Below are positions 36,775 through 45,688 of a DNA stretch of 46,093 nucleotides, piece after piece. A program made the translations under genes and the position numbers. The notes under the pieces were generated by a model that saw nothing but the letters and a program-made list of their open reading frames with translations, made no database searches and had not been told where the DNA came from. Source of the DNA: Thermodesulfobacteriota bacterium. Its GTDB lineage: Bacteria > Desulfobacterota > Desulfobulbia > Desulfobulbales > SURF-16. Position 1 is the first letter of the stretch; each line of letters starts with the position of its first letter. Location of the stretch: contig JBFMAY010000033.1 of assembly GCA_040755455.1 (NCBI GenBank), positions 1 through 46,093 on the forward strand, written 5' to 3'.

Positions 36775-37623
36775 ATGATGCTGTTCCGCCTTCTGGCCGT
36801 TGTCGCACTTTTCTTTGCAGGGTTGCCGGATGCTGAAGCCGAGCAGTGGCCAAAATTTTACGATGCCGCCAAACAGGGCTGGTTCTGGTACGAGGAGCCT
36901 GCGCCGGAACCGGAGAAGGATGAGGCAACAGCGCCAATGCCCCCTCCCCTGCCCTCCCTGGCGGACTATTCCACCGAACAACTGTGGGACATGCATCCGG
37001 ATGATTTCCAGGACCTGCTCATGGAGTTCCAGAAAAAGGCGGTGCAGCGGCCGACCGAGGAAAACGTCCACGATTACCTGACCATGCAGGATCTGGCCCG
37101 CCGAAAGGCCGCAGCCTACGCCAATGTCGCCTCCTTCGTCATCCAGAAATACGCGGATCTCGATGTCGGGCGGGAGTACCCGGTGGCGGCCCCCGGCGTC
37201 GTCGCCCGGGTGAAGATGCAGAAAGAGGAGATCAGCGCCACCATCCGGGATGCCGCCGCGGATCATGCCCTGCTCTATTTTGCCAGCCAGGACTGCTCAT
37301 ACTGCCAGGAACAGCAGCAGATCCTGCGCTATTTCACCGACCGTTACGGCTGGCAGATCAAGGAGATCGATGTTGACGCAAAGCCTGCGATCGCGTCCCG
37401 CTTCGGCATCCGGACTACCCCGACCCTGCTGCTGATTGCCAGAAACCGTCCCGACTACATTCCGGTGGCAAGCGGGGTGGTGGCCTTAGACGAGCTGGAA
37501 CGCTCGCTCTACCGGTCGATCCGGCTGCTGAACGGCCAGATCACGCCTCAGGAATATTCCGTCTATGATTTCCAGAAAGGTGGCGGGCTCGATCCCGAAT
37601 CCATCCTGAAGAAGAGGTTCTGA
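36775..37623 (+). CDS. traF: TraF thioredoxin-like pilus assembly protein
   Basis: GWFWY.EP, AV..PTEENV..Y, C.YC, TPTL; upstream of traH. Confidence 0.88.
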   Translation: MMLFRLLAVVALFFAGLPDAEAEQWPKFYDAAKQGWFWYEEPAPEPEKDEATAPMPPPLPSLADYSTEQLWDMHPDDFQDLLMEFQKKAVQRPTEENVHDYLTMQDLARRKAAAYANVASFVIQKYADLDVGREYPVAAPGVVARVKMQKEEISATIRDAAADHALLYFASQDCSYCQEQQQILRYFTDRYGWQIKEIDVDAKPAIASRFGIRTTPTLLLIARNRPDYIPVASGVVALDELERSLYRSIRLLNGQITPQEYSVYDFQKGGGLDPESILKKRF

Positions 37624-39095
37624 TGACAGTAAATCGCTTGAAAAAAACGGTTGCCGTTGTGCTTGCCGCCATGCTCCTGGCCCCGCCTCAGGCCGGCGCC
37701 GGCTGGGTGGATGACTGGCTGACCCAGAACACCTCCAACCCGCCGGATTATTTCGCCGGCCAGAAACGCGGCTACTATTCCGGCGGCAGCTTCAGTGCCC
37801 GCTGGCCCAACAACGCCACCTATCCCATCACCGTGGAGCCGCCCCGCATCAAAAGCGGCTGCGGCGGCATCGATATCTTTCTGGGCGGCTTCAGTTTTCT
37901 GAACTTCGAGTATCTGGTCGAGAAACTCCAGCGCATCCTGATGAGCGGCGGGGCGGTGGCCTTTGATCTGGCCTTGAAGACCCTGTGCGAGCCCTGCGCC
38001 ACTTCGATCAAATCCTTCGAGGCCATTGCTGATAAATTAAACGGTTTGCAGCTTGACGAATGCACGGCAGCCAAGGACATCAAAGCGGTCCTGCAGAGCA
38101 GCGACGGCCAGGGCTTTGCCTCCATGGACACCGTGGAGCGCAGGCTGGGCAACGCCATCAAGGAGAACAAGTTGAGCCAGGGGATCGCGGACCTCTACCA
38201 GACCATCACCGAGGAAGACCGGGCCAATCAGAACCTGGCGCAGAAACCTGACGTGCTGCGGGCGGTCTCCGGCTGCAATGCCGAGATCAAGGAAATCTTC
38301 CTCTCCAACCTGATCGACAGCGGCGGATCGCTGCTGGAAAATCTGGGTGTCGGCAAGCTCGGTCTCTCTTCCGATTATGTCAGCCTGATCCGCGGCCTGG
38401 TGGGCGATGTCCGCATCGAAGGGCCGGACAACGGATTCAAGGTCACCTTTGTTTCTCCCTGCCCGCAGAATAATCCCGATGACGTGAAGGCCTTTACCCA
38501 AGGCAATGTCATGGGCAGGGACGCGGCCGGGGCCTGCGCCCCGATCACCGACGCCAATGCCGACCTGGTGCACTACGTGGGGACCAGGATGAACTCGGTG
38601 GCCGGCAAGATCAAGACGAGGACGCCGCTTGACGTCACGGACACCGCCTTTATCGAGAACAGTCCGCTCTCCATCGGTCTGGTGCTGAAAACCGCCGTGG
38701 GCACCGAACAGGAGGACGCCACCATCGCCACCCTGTCCGATCTGACCGCCAAGGCCTATGTCCTGCAGATGCTGGTCGATCTGTATAATCGCGCCACCCT
38801 GGTCATGGAAAAGGCCAAGGAGCTGCTCAGCAAACGGTCGAGCGCCGCCGCCGGCCAGGACTCGGAGACCTGCAAGGCCGCCATCTTCGCCGACAATCTC
38901 GATGATCAGGTGGCGGGCATGAACGAAAAGATCTACCGGCTGCAGCTCGCGGCCCGGGAGAGCTATTCGGCCTCGGCCACGGAACTGGCCACCATCTTCA
39001 GGATTCTCGATCATATGCAGAGCGTGGACCACCGGCTCTACGCGCTCATTGCCGAAAAATACGGCACCGGCGTGGCGGAACGTACCCTGCGATGA
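37623..39095 (+). CDS. traH: TraH
   Basis: Q.RGYYSGGSF.AR, P.IKSGCGGIDIFLGGFSF.N, FDLAL.TLC. Confidence 0.92.
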   Translation: MTVNRLKKTVAVVLAAMLLAPPQAGAGWVDDWLTQNTSNPPDYFAGQKRGYYSGGSFSARWPNNATYPITVEPPRIKSGCGGIDIFLGGFSFLNFEYLVEKLQRILMSGGAVAFDLALKTLCEPCATSIKSFEAIADKLNGLQLDECTAAKDIKAVLQSSDGQGFASMDTVERRLGNAIKENKLSQGIADLYQTITEEDRANQNLAQKPDVLRAVSGCNAEIKEIFLSNLIDSGGSLLENLGVGKLGLSSDYVSLIRGLVGDVRIEGPDNGFKVTFVSPCPQNNPDDVKAFTQGNVMGRDAAGACAPITDANADLVHYVGTRMNSVAGKIKTRTPLDVTDTAFIENSPLSIGLVLKTAVGTEQEDATIATLSDLTAKAYVLQMLVDLYNRATLVMEKAKELLSKRSSAAAGQDSETCKAAIFADNLDDQVAGMNEKIYRLQLAARESYSASATELATIFRILDHMQSVDHRLYALIAEKYGTGVAERTLR

Positions 39096-42000
39096 GACCT
39101 GTTCCCTATCCAGGCAGGGGGCCATTCTCCGCAAGGCCAGTCTGCCTCGCCGCAGCCGCTCTGCTCTTCCTCTGCCGGGCTGACAGCGCCCTGGCCCTGG
39201 ACATGGAGTTCTACACTTACAATGGCTTCGGTCCGGTGACCCAGGCCTTCCGCAAACTGGCGCTGATCTTCTCCGATGCCGGGTATGTCGGGCTCTTTTT
39301 CACGGCCACGGTGCTCGGCATCCTCTTTGCCGCCATGGCCTTCATGGTCAAGATGGCCACCGGTGCCAGGATCGTCCCCCTGGTCTGGGCCATGCCGGTG
39401 CTGCTGGGCGTGGTGCTCTATCTCGGACTCTTCGTGCCCAAGGGCAATATCACGGTCTATGATCCGGTCCTGAACCGTTTCGACACCATCGGCGGCATCC
39501 CCAACGGCGTGGTGGCCACGGCCGGCATCCTCAACAAAATCGAACGGGGTCTGGTGGAGATCATCGACACTGCCGGTGTGCCCGGCGCCAGATACCAGGA
39601 GGCGGCGGGCGGCATCGGCTTCTCCACCCTCAAGGCGGCCATGAACGCCGGTCCCAAGGACGCCTTTGCCAGGGAGAGCATGGCCCGCTATTTCCAGGAC
39701 TGCGTCATGTTCGAGATGGTGCGGCCCGGCACCACCTTTTCCGCCGACACCATGCTCTACGGCACTTCCGATTTCCTGCCGGAACTGGCCAAGGCGGATA
39801 ACCCGGCGGTGTTCACCGTCTATTACGACGCGGCCAGTCCCCAGGGCCAGACCATGACCTGCCGGGAGGCGTGGTCGAATCTCTTCCCCATCTACAACAA
39901 TGCCGCTACCTTCACCGATGCCGTGAAAACCGTGTGCGGCGCATCGCTGTATGACCCGGCCAATGCCGCGGAGATGGCAAGCTGCAGGAATCTGATCAGC
40001 GACACCCTGGCCCGGACCACCGGGGCCGTGATCGCCCCGGAGCATTTCATCCGCCAGGCGAGTCTCACCAGGTTGATTTTCAAGGTGCTTGATCATGCCG
40101 ATCCTCAGTCGGCCATGCTGGTGCAGACCAACCGGCAGGTGGTGTCGTCGGGCCTGGGCATGGCCGCGGCCATCAACGAGTGGCTGCCGGTGATGCGGGC
40201 CATCATGACGGCGGTGGCCATCGGCCTCATTCCATTTCTGACGTTGTTTCTGCCGACCCCGCTGGTGGGCAAGGCCCTGTCGGTCATGGCCGGCTTCTTC
40301 GTCTTCCTCGCCACCTGGGGGATCTCGGATGCCATCCTGCACGGCGCGGCGCTCGATTACGCAGTGGAGGACTTCGAGGATATCCGCCAGAGCGGCCTCG
40401 GTCTTTATGCCTGCGTCACCTTTCCCGAGACATCCACCAAGGCCCTGGCCATGTTCGGCATTGTCAGATCATCCGGCATCATGCTGGCAAGCTTTCTGTC
40501 CATGATGCTGATCCGTTTCGGCGGCCACGCCCTGGCCATGATGGCCGGCAGCCTGCAGAGCGCGATCCAGGGCGCCGGGGCACGGGCCGGGGCTCTGCTC
40601 ACCCCGGAAGGCAAGGCCTCGGCCCTTGATCAGCAAATCAGCGCCACTGTACCACTGGAAATGGCTAATCATTACGGATTCCCCACCCAGGCGGCGAGCA
40701 GGCAATGGCAGGCCCACAAGGGTATCCAATCCACGGCGGCGGACTGGCAGACCCTGGATGCGGCCAGGGGGGCGGGAGTGATCCCCGAAGGCATGGGCAA
40801 CATCGAGGCGGCCAAATCGATGTTCACCGCCAATCGTTCCCTCGGCGGCGGGCAGGGTCCGGTTCAGTTGAGCACTGATCATGACGGCAAACTTGTTTTC
40901 AGCAGTGCTCAGAACATGACCGGCCAGGGTTTTGTCAGACAGGCCCAGACCGGCATGGACGGCGCCAGCGTTTCGACCTATACCGGCGGCGCCGGCACCC
41001 TGGTGACCGAAGGCAGGGCCGGGGAAGAGACAGTTACCAACGCCAATGTCAGGAATATGGATATGAATTTTGCCAGGAAGCAGGAGGAGCGTAATCTGGA
41101 AAAAGCGGCCCACTCCCTGGCCAGCAGCGAGAATTACTCCAATATGCTCAGCCGGCTCAGACAGGACAGCCGCACCAGCACCGAGGCCCGTTCCTTCAGT
41201 GAGCAACTCAGCAATTCTGAACAGGAGAAATGGAACCAGAGTGTTGAGAATGGGTCGGCGTTTTCAATGATTAGAGACCAAACCAAAAGAGAAATTTTGG
41301 AAGGCAGTGGTTCTTCCGGGTTTAATTTTGGAGTTATAAGAGCTGGTGGTGGTTATAAAATGCAAGGAGTTGGGAATGATGGAGAGAAGATAAGTTTTTC
41401 CCTGTCCTCCACGGAAGCACAGGCTTTTGAAGAAAATCGGCAACGAGTGCGGGCTGAAGCTTTGACCGAAACTCTTCAGAGCACCCAAAGCCTGTCTTAC
41501 GCGGACAATCTTTCCAAATCCATCGGTGCGTCCGAAGCGCACTCCTATCTGCACGAGGCCCAGCGGATCAACACGGATGCAACCTCATTCAATAACAATA
41601 TGGAGACGGCATTTATCAAGGACTATGCGGCCTATCGATACGGCACGAACAGCCCGGAAAACGTTCAGAAGGCCATGACATTTCTGAATAGCCAGGCCAT
41701 TGGTTCCAAGGATGACCAGCTGCACTTGCAGGAGCTTGCCAATGATTTTCTGAGCGGACGATTCGGTACCCTTGGTACCACGGGCGCTGCCAAAATCATC
41801 GAGCAAGGCGCCCAAACCGCGCAGACATCCCAGGAGGCATTACGGAACCATGCTCATTCTGTTGCTGAAACAGCCATTGATAAAACCGGCAATATCAGCG
41901 AGCAGTCGCAAGCCGGTCCACCTCACGGAAGAGTGGCGGAGCCCAACAAGCACGAAGTTGATTCAAAAGTCGAGTCCAGACAGGAATTTTTCGAACGGGA

Positions 42001-42244
42001 AAGAACCGGCGAGGGGCGCATTCAAACCAATGTTGTCGGCATGGCAGGACAGGGAATTAGGAAAATCGATCACGCCATTGGCAAGATCGTCGGGAAGCCG
42101 GAGCGACCTACGCAGGATGTCATGACTATTGGCGCCCCGGATCAACCAGGAGCGCCACCACCGGGAACAGTTGTTCTCAATTCAGGTCCTGCATCTGAGA
42201 CTTTTGAAGAGGCGCTCAAGAAAGAAAAAGAGCATCGAAAATAA
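39092..42244 (+). CDS. traG: TraG (N-terminal TraG_N multi-TM domain, variable C-terminus)
   Basis: 1050 aa after traH; FYTYNG, multiple TM segments, conserved Cys pattern, WLP.MRA. Confidence 0.88.
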   Translation: MRPVPYPGRGPFSARPVCLAAAALLFLCRADSALALDMEFYTYNGFGPVTQAFRKLALIFSDAGYVGLFFTATVLGILFAAMAFMVKMATGARIVPLVWAMPVLLGVVLYLGLFVPKGNITVYDPVLNRFDTIGGIPNGVVATAGILNKIERGLVEIIDTAGVPGARYQEAAGGIGFSTLKAAMNAGPKDAFARESMARYFQDCVMFEMVRPGTTFSADTMLYGTSDFLPELAKADNPAVFTVYYDAASPQGQTMTCREAWSNLFPIYNNAATFTDAVKTVCGASLYDPANAAEMASCRNLISDTLARTTGAVIAPEHFIRQASLTRLIFKVLDHADPQSAMLVQTNRQVVSSGLGMAAAINEWLPVMRAIMTAVAIGLIPFLTLFLPTPLVGKALSVMAGFFVFLATWGISDAILHGAALDYAVEDFEDIRQSGLGLYACVTFPETSTKALAMFGIVRSSGIMLASFLSMMLIRFGGHALAMMAGSLQSAIQGAGARAGALLTPEGKASALDQQISATVPLEMANHYGFPTQAASRQWQAHKGIQSTAADWQTLDAARGAGVIPEGMGNIEAAKSMFTANRSLGGGQGPVQLSTDHDGKLVFSSAQNMTGQGFVRQAQTGMDGASVSTYTGGAGTLVTEGRAGEETVTNANVRNMDMNFARKQEERNLEKAAHSLASSENYSNMLSRLRQDSRTSTEARSFSEQLSNSEQEKWNQSVENGSAFSMIRDQTKREILEGSGSSGFNFGVIRAGGGYKMQGVGNDGEKISFSLSSTEAQAFEENRQRVRAEALTETLQSTQSLSYADNLSKSIGASEAHSYLHEAQRINTDATSFNNNMETAFIKDYAAYRYGTNSPENVQKAMTFLNSQAIGSKDDQLHLQELANDFLSGRFGTLGTTGAAKIIEQGAQTAQTSQEALRNHAHSVAETAIDKTGNISEQSQAGPPHGRVAEPNKHEVDSKVESRQEFFERERTGEGRIQTNVVGMAGQGIRKIDHAIGKIVGKPERPTQDVMTIGAPDQPGAPPPGTVVLNSGPASETFEEALKKEKEHRK

Positions 42245-42247
42245 TAA

Positions 42248-42520
42248 TTACTGATCAGTATGCCAGTCATCCCATATCGGATCGGCAGGATCGGAAAAAT
42301 TCGCTGGCGCAACCTCGTGCTCCTCAAGCTCTTCAGTAGTCATCGGCCGAATCTTTGCTTTTAAAGACCGCAAACCGGCACTCACCAAATTAGATCTAAT
42401 TAGGGCAGACCCTACCGCAACCACGGCCTTGCCGCAGAACTTGCAAAGCTCATCGTCGTCAATCAGTTCCGCCCCGCAGTGCGGGCAAAGAACGGTATCT
42501 TTTTCTAAAATGGTTGCCAT
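42248..42520 (-). CDS. Small zinc-ribbon protein convergent on traG
   Basis: MATILEKDTVLCPHCG......LCKFCG, acidic C-terminus; AGGA before ATG 42520. Confidence 0.55.
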   Translation of the reverse strand: MATILEKDTVLCPHCGAELIDDDELCKFCGKAVVAVGSALIRSNLVSAGLRSLKAKIRPMTTEELEEHEVAPANFSDPADPIWDDWHTDQ

Positions 42521-42585
42521 CTTGTCCTGCCTTGCTGTCAAACCTTTTATCCTTTTGCTTAATATCGGCAGTTTATTCTCACAAG

Positions 42586-42774
42586 TCAAGTCTCGTTTGT
42601 CGCAGTAACCTTGTCACCTTTACAGATGGCACAGGGAATTCCGCTGTCGTCACTCCGATCGATCAGTTTCCATTTACCGGTCAAGATCAGTTCGTTTTTT
42701 TCTTTCCTGCAGGCTTCACAAACCCAGATTTCCTCGGAGGTTTTACCCGATATTTGGTATTTGTATTTGATCAT
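42586..42774 (-). CDS. Small CxxC...CxxC protein, hypothetical
   Basis: WVCEAC...IPCAIC in a 62-aa ORF. Confidence 0.5.
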   Translation of the reverse strand: MIKYKYQISGKTSEEIWVCEACRKEKNELILTGKWKLIDRSDDSGIPCAICKGDKVTATNET

Positions 42775-42792
42775 TTTTGTCAAAAAAACCGT

Positions 42793-43380
42793 CTATTGAA
42801 GTACTCCCCAATGCCCGCCTTTGGCAGGGCCGACCCGGCGGACGATTCCGCTATCTTGGAGCTTCTAAATATTCCGCTCCACAGACCTTTCAGTCACACC
42901 TATTTTTTCTGCGAGTTCTGGGATGGTGATCAAGGAATTCTTTCTCATGAATTCGATTATTTTCCCCGACGTTTCCCCCGACACTTTCCCCGACGTTTTC
43001 GGTGCAACACCGATCAACTCCATCTGACCCACCGGTTTGCGGTGTACCGTGGCAGTGAACAGGCATCCATCCCGATCATCGGTAAAATCAATCTGCGGCC
43101 ATTCATCCAGAGCGCGTTTAATTCCTGAGCCAAGGCCATGATAAGGCAGCAGCCCCTTGGCAACATACGAAACAAGAATTGATCCGGCTCACATCCTTTC
43201 TGGTCAGTCCAGGAACGGAACCGTCATCGGCCCGCCGATAAACAGCGTTCCACCCTCGGAATTGGCAAAGGCCACCATTTCCGAGGCCAGAGATTCCGCA
43301 TTGCGAACATCGGCCTTGAATTGGCGGGAGCTGTCTTCGCCGCTGGCAATTTTTTCAAAAAAATTTTCTATGGAAATCAT
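42793..43380 (-). pseudogene. Disrupted AlbA_2 (Schlafen-like) / ATP-binding / HTH gene with frameshifts and a large internal deletion
   Basis: GEDSSRQFK.D...LASEMVAFANSEGGTLFIG, frameshift, (V)ADDGSVPGL..., abrupt junction to LLPYHGLGSGIKRA..., then ITIPELAEKIGVTERSVERNI*KL..G...RVGPAKGGHW with an internal stop. Confidence 0.8.
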
Positions 43381-43394
43381 GATTTCATTCGGGA

Positions 43395-43705
43395 TTAAAA
43401 ACCTTGCCCTCAGGGCAAGGTTCAGGTTCAGAGGCTATGCCCTCTGAACGATTATGGTGCTCTCAAGTGAAGATGTCTCCTCAGCACCAAACTTGGAGTA
43501 TAGCCAAAGAGTTTCTCAGAAAAATTTTATAAACAGTCTGAATAACCAAAATGATTGCCATCGTATCGGTTTCGTATATAGAATGAGGAGATACCTCAGA
43601 GGTAATTGGGTTAAAGTGAGCCCAGGTTATCTGGGATCAAGGTAAAGCAAACCCCCTATGGGGGTGACCAAAGCCGGGCCCTCAGGGCCCGGATTCTTTA
43701 CTTTC
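43395..43705. repeat. ~310-bp structured intergenic repeat, copy 1
   Basis: Highly similar to 45379-45688; multiple hairpins; terminator-like end on the minus strand. Confidence 0.92.
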
Positions 43706-43782
43706 CTGGTATTTTCGTCACAGTTGCCGGATGATGGAGCCTAATCCGTTCCGAGTTTCTTCAATGTATGTATTCGATTTAT

Positions 43783-45030
43783 TCATCGTTTCAATATGTT
43801 AAGTTCAGGACCGAGAATCCTGCTGACAAAACGGTCTCCCGATGTATCTGCAGCGACCATGTTTCGAATGCGTTCCATGGTTTCCTCTTTGCATCCGGCG
43901 TTCGCCGCGGCTTCCATGGTAAAATTATATGCTTCACGCACATCCAGACCTGTGATCTCGTACCCATAGCCGGCAATCAGCCAGCGCAGTGCGGTGATTC
44001 CCGCTTCGAGGGCAAAGAGGGGTTCCTTGCCTTTCATATCCCGTGCCGCTCGGGTGAGCGTTTTGGGGTCGCATGGGGTCCGGTTGGCCAGTTCGATGGC
44101 CTCACGGTATAACCCGGCCGATTTCGCCGCGGCAAACCATTTCCCTTCATTTCCCGGTGAACTTGCCACGAGGTCTAAAAGAATTTCTTTTGCCGCTTTG
44201 TAAGGGTATTTTTTAGCAATGGCCCGGAAGGTCGACAGGTAGGTGGACTTCTGGTTAGCTTCGATAGCGTAACGGCTGTAGGCCTCATCAACCAGACCGC
44301 TTGCCAGTAAAATTTCCTCACAGGCTTCGCTGATGATATGATCCGGGTCATTCAATCCACGGGAATCCTCGGCATACCGAAGTGCTTCGGCCTTTTTCCC
44401 CATAGCTATAAAGGACTTCACTCCCCACTTCCGGTCATGCCAGAACTTAAAGGGCGCAAGATCAAGCAACTCCAGGATTTCCTCATGGCGTCCGGCTTGG
44501 AACAAGGCGCTCAGACAGGCTGATGTCCCCTTGAAATAGCCACCCCCGGCCTTACGATCCTGTGACCAGGTAATCCGCACCGGGTCAATCAGCTCATCAG
44601 CCCAGTGCGAGGCCAGTTCCGGGGTGCGGCACAATGTTCCCCAATGCTCGGGGAGCAGCTCGATATAGGGGATGTCATCCTCTTCCACCGCCTTCCAGAG
44701 ACGTTCAAGCCAGCCGCTGCGAGTTGCCTCATCGGCCGGGGCGTCGGCGATGATGGGCACCAGTGCCTCAATGGCATTGTTGACCGCCGTGCCGATCGCG
44801 CCCGAGGAACTATCCACCTGCTCCAGGGCCGGAGATAGTTTCTTCAGAAGCAGCACCGCGCCTTCTGCAGCCAGTATCTTATCCTGACGGGCAGCCGCCT
44901 TGATTTCCGCTACTGCTTCTTTTATCCGTTCGATGGCCGGCTGGGACTGCCAGCCAAAGGCCTGGCGACGGAAGCGGGCGGTAAATGTCCATTTATGTTT
45001 GGGTAATTTGGTCATGTTTGCAAGTGCCAT
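43783..45030 (-). CDS. Conserved hypothetical alpha-helical (TPR/HEAT-like) protein
   Basis: 415-aa Ala/Leu/Glu-rich helical ORF; no catalytic motif recognised. Confidence 0.75.
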   Translation of the reverse strand: MALANMTKLPKHKWTFTARFRRQAFGWQSQPAIERIKEAVAEIKAAARQDKILAAEGAVLLLKKLSPALEQVDSSSGAIGTAVNNAIEALVPIIADAPADEATRSGWLERLWKAVEEDDIPYIELLPEHWGTLCRTPELASHWADELIDPVRITWSQDRKAGGGYFKGTSACLSALFQAGRHEEILELLDLAPFKFWHDRKWGVKSFIAMGKKAEALRYAEDSRGLNDPDHIISEACEEILLASGLVDEAYSRYAIEANQKSTYLSTFRAIAKKYPYKAAKEILLDLVASSPGNEGKWFAAAKSAGLYREAIELANRTPCDPKTLTRAARDMKGKEPLFALEAGITALRWLIAGYGYEITGLDVREAYNFTMEAAANAGCKEETMERIRNMVAADTSGDRFVSRILGPELNILKR

Positions 45031-45032
45031 GC

Positions 45033-45277
45033 TTACTCTTCGTTACCAGTGTTGCATGGCGGGTCGATGATGATGCAGTCAATCTTGCCGGCATGGGTGG
45101 GCAGCAGGGCCTTCAATGCTTCGAGGTTGTCGCCGTGAATGATCAGATTTCAGCCAGCGAGGGCTGCCGCCCTGCGGCGGGCAAGGACTTTCCCGCATCA
45201 ACTTTCAGCTCGCGGAAGGGAACGCTTGAGTGATGAGAATAGACAAACTGCCTTCCCTTGAATTCCAATGTGGGCAT
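45033..45277 (-). pseudogene. Truncated, frameshifted N6-adenine DNA methyltransferase (type III Mod-like) N-terminal fragment
   Basis: AGGAG RBS; MPTLEFKGRQFVYSHH.SVPFREL..., -1 frameshift, NLIIHGDNLEALKALLPTHAGKIDCIIIDPPCNTGNEE* (DPPY motif changed to DPPC). Confidence 0.85.
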
Positions 45278-45378
45278 GGTCGATAACTCCTGGTATGTAT
45301 TTCCGTCATCATATGGAAATGAGCGTGTGATAGAGATTGCGTCAGGCCTTCATCCTCTTTGCATCATTTATTCAAGGT

Positions 45379-45688
45379 TTAAAAACCTTGCCCGCAGGGC
45401 AAGGTACAGGTTCAGAGGCTATGCCCGCTGAACGATTAATGGTACTCTCAAGTGAAGATGCCTCCTCAGCTCCAAACTTGGAGTAGCCAAAGAGTTTCTC
45501 AGAAAAATCTTATAAGCAGTCTGAATAACCAAAATAAGTGTCATCGTATCGGTTTCGTATATAGAACGAAAAGATACCTTAAAGCAATTAGGTTAAAGTT
45601 AGCCCAGGTTGTCTGGGAACAAGGTAAAGCAAACCCACTATGGGGGGTGACCAAAGCCGGGCACTCAGTGCCCGGATTCTTTACTTTC
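45379..45688. repeat. ~310-bp structured intergenic repeat, copy 2
   Basis: Direct repeat of 43395-43705 at ~1984-bp offset. Confidence 0.92.

Noticed and set aside
42960..43002. Short tandem TTTCCCCGAC repeats as iterons or operators
   Set aside because: They fall in the low-complexity (T/V)SGK linker before the HTH of the AlbA pseudogene.
43568..43600. XerC/D pdif site in the repeat (GTTTCGTATA resembles a XerC arm)
   Set aside because: No XerD arm (TTATGTTAAAT-like) at 6-bp spacing.
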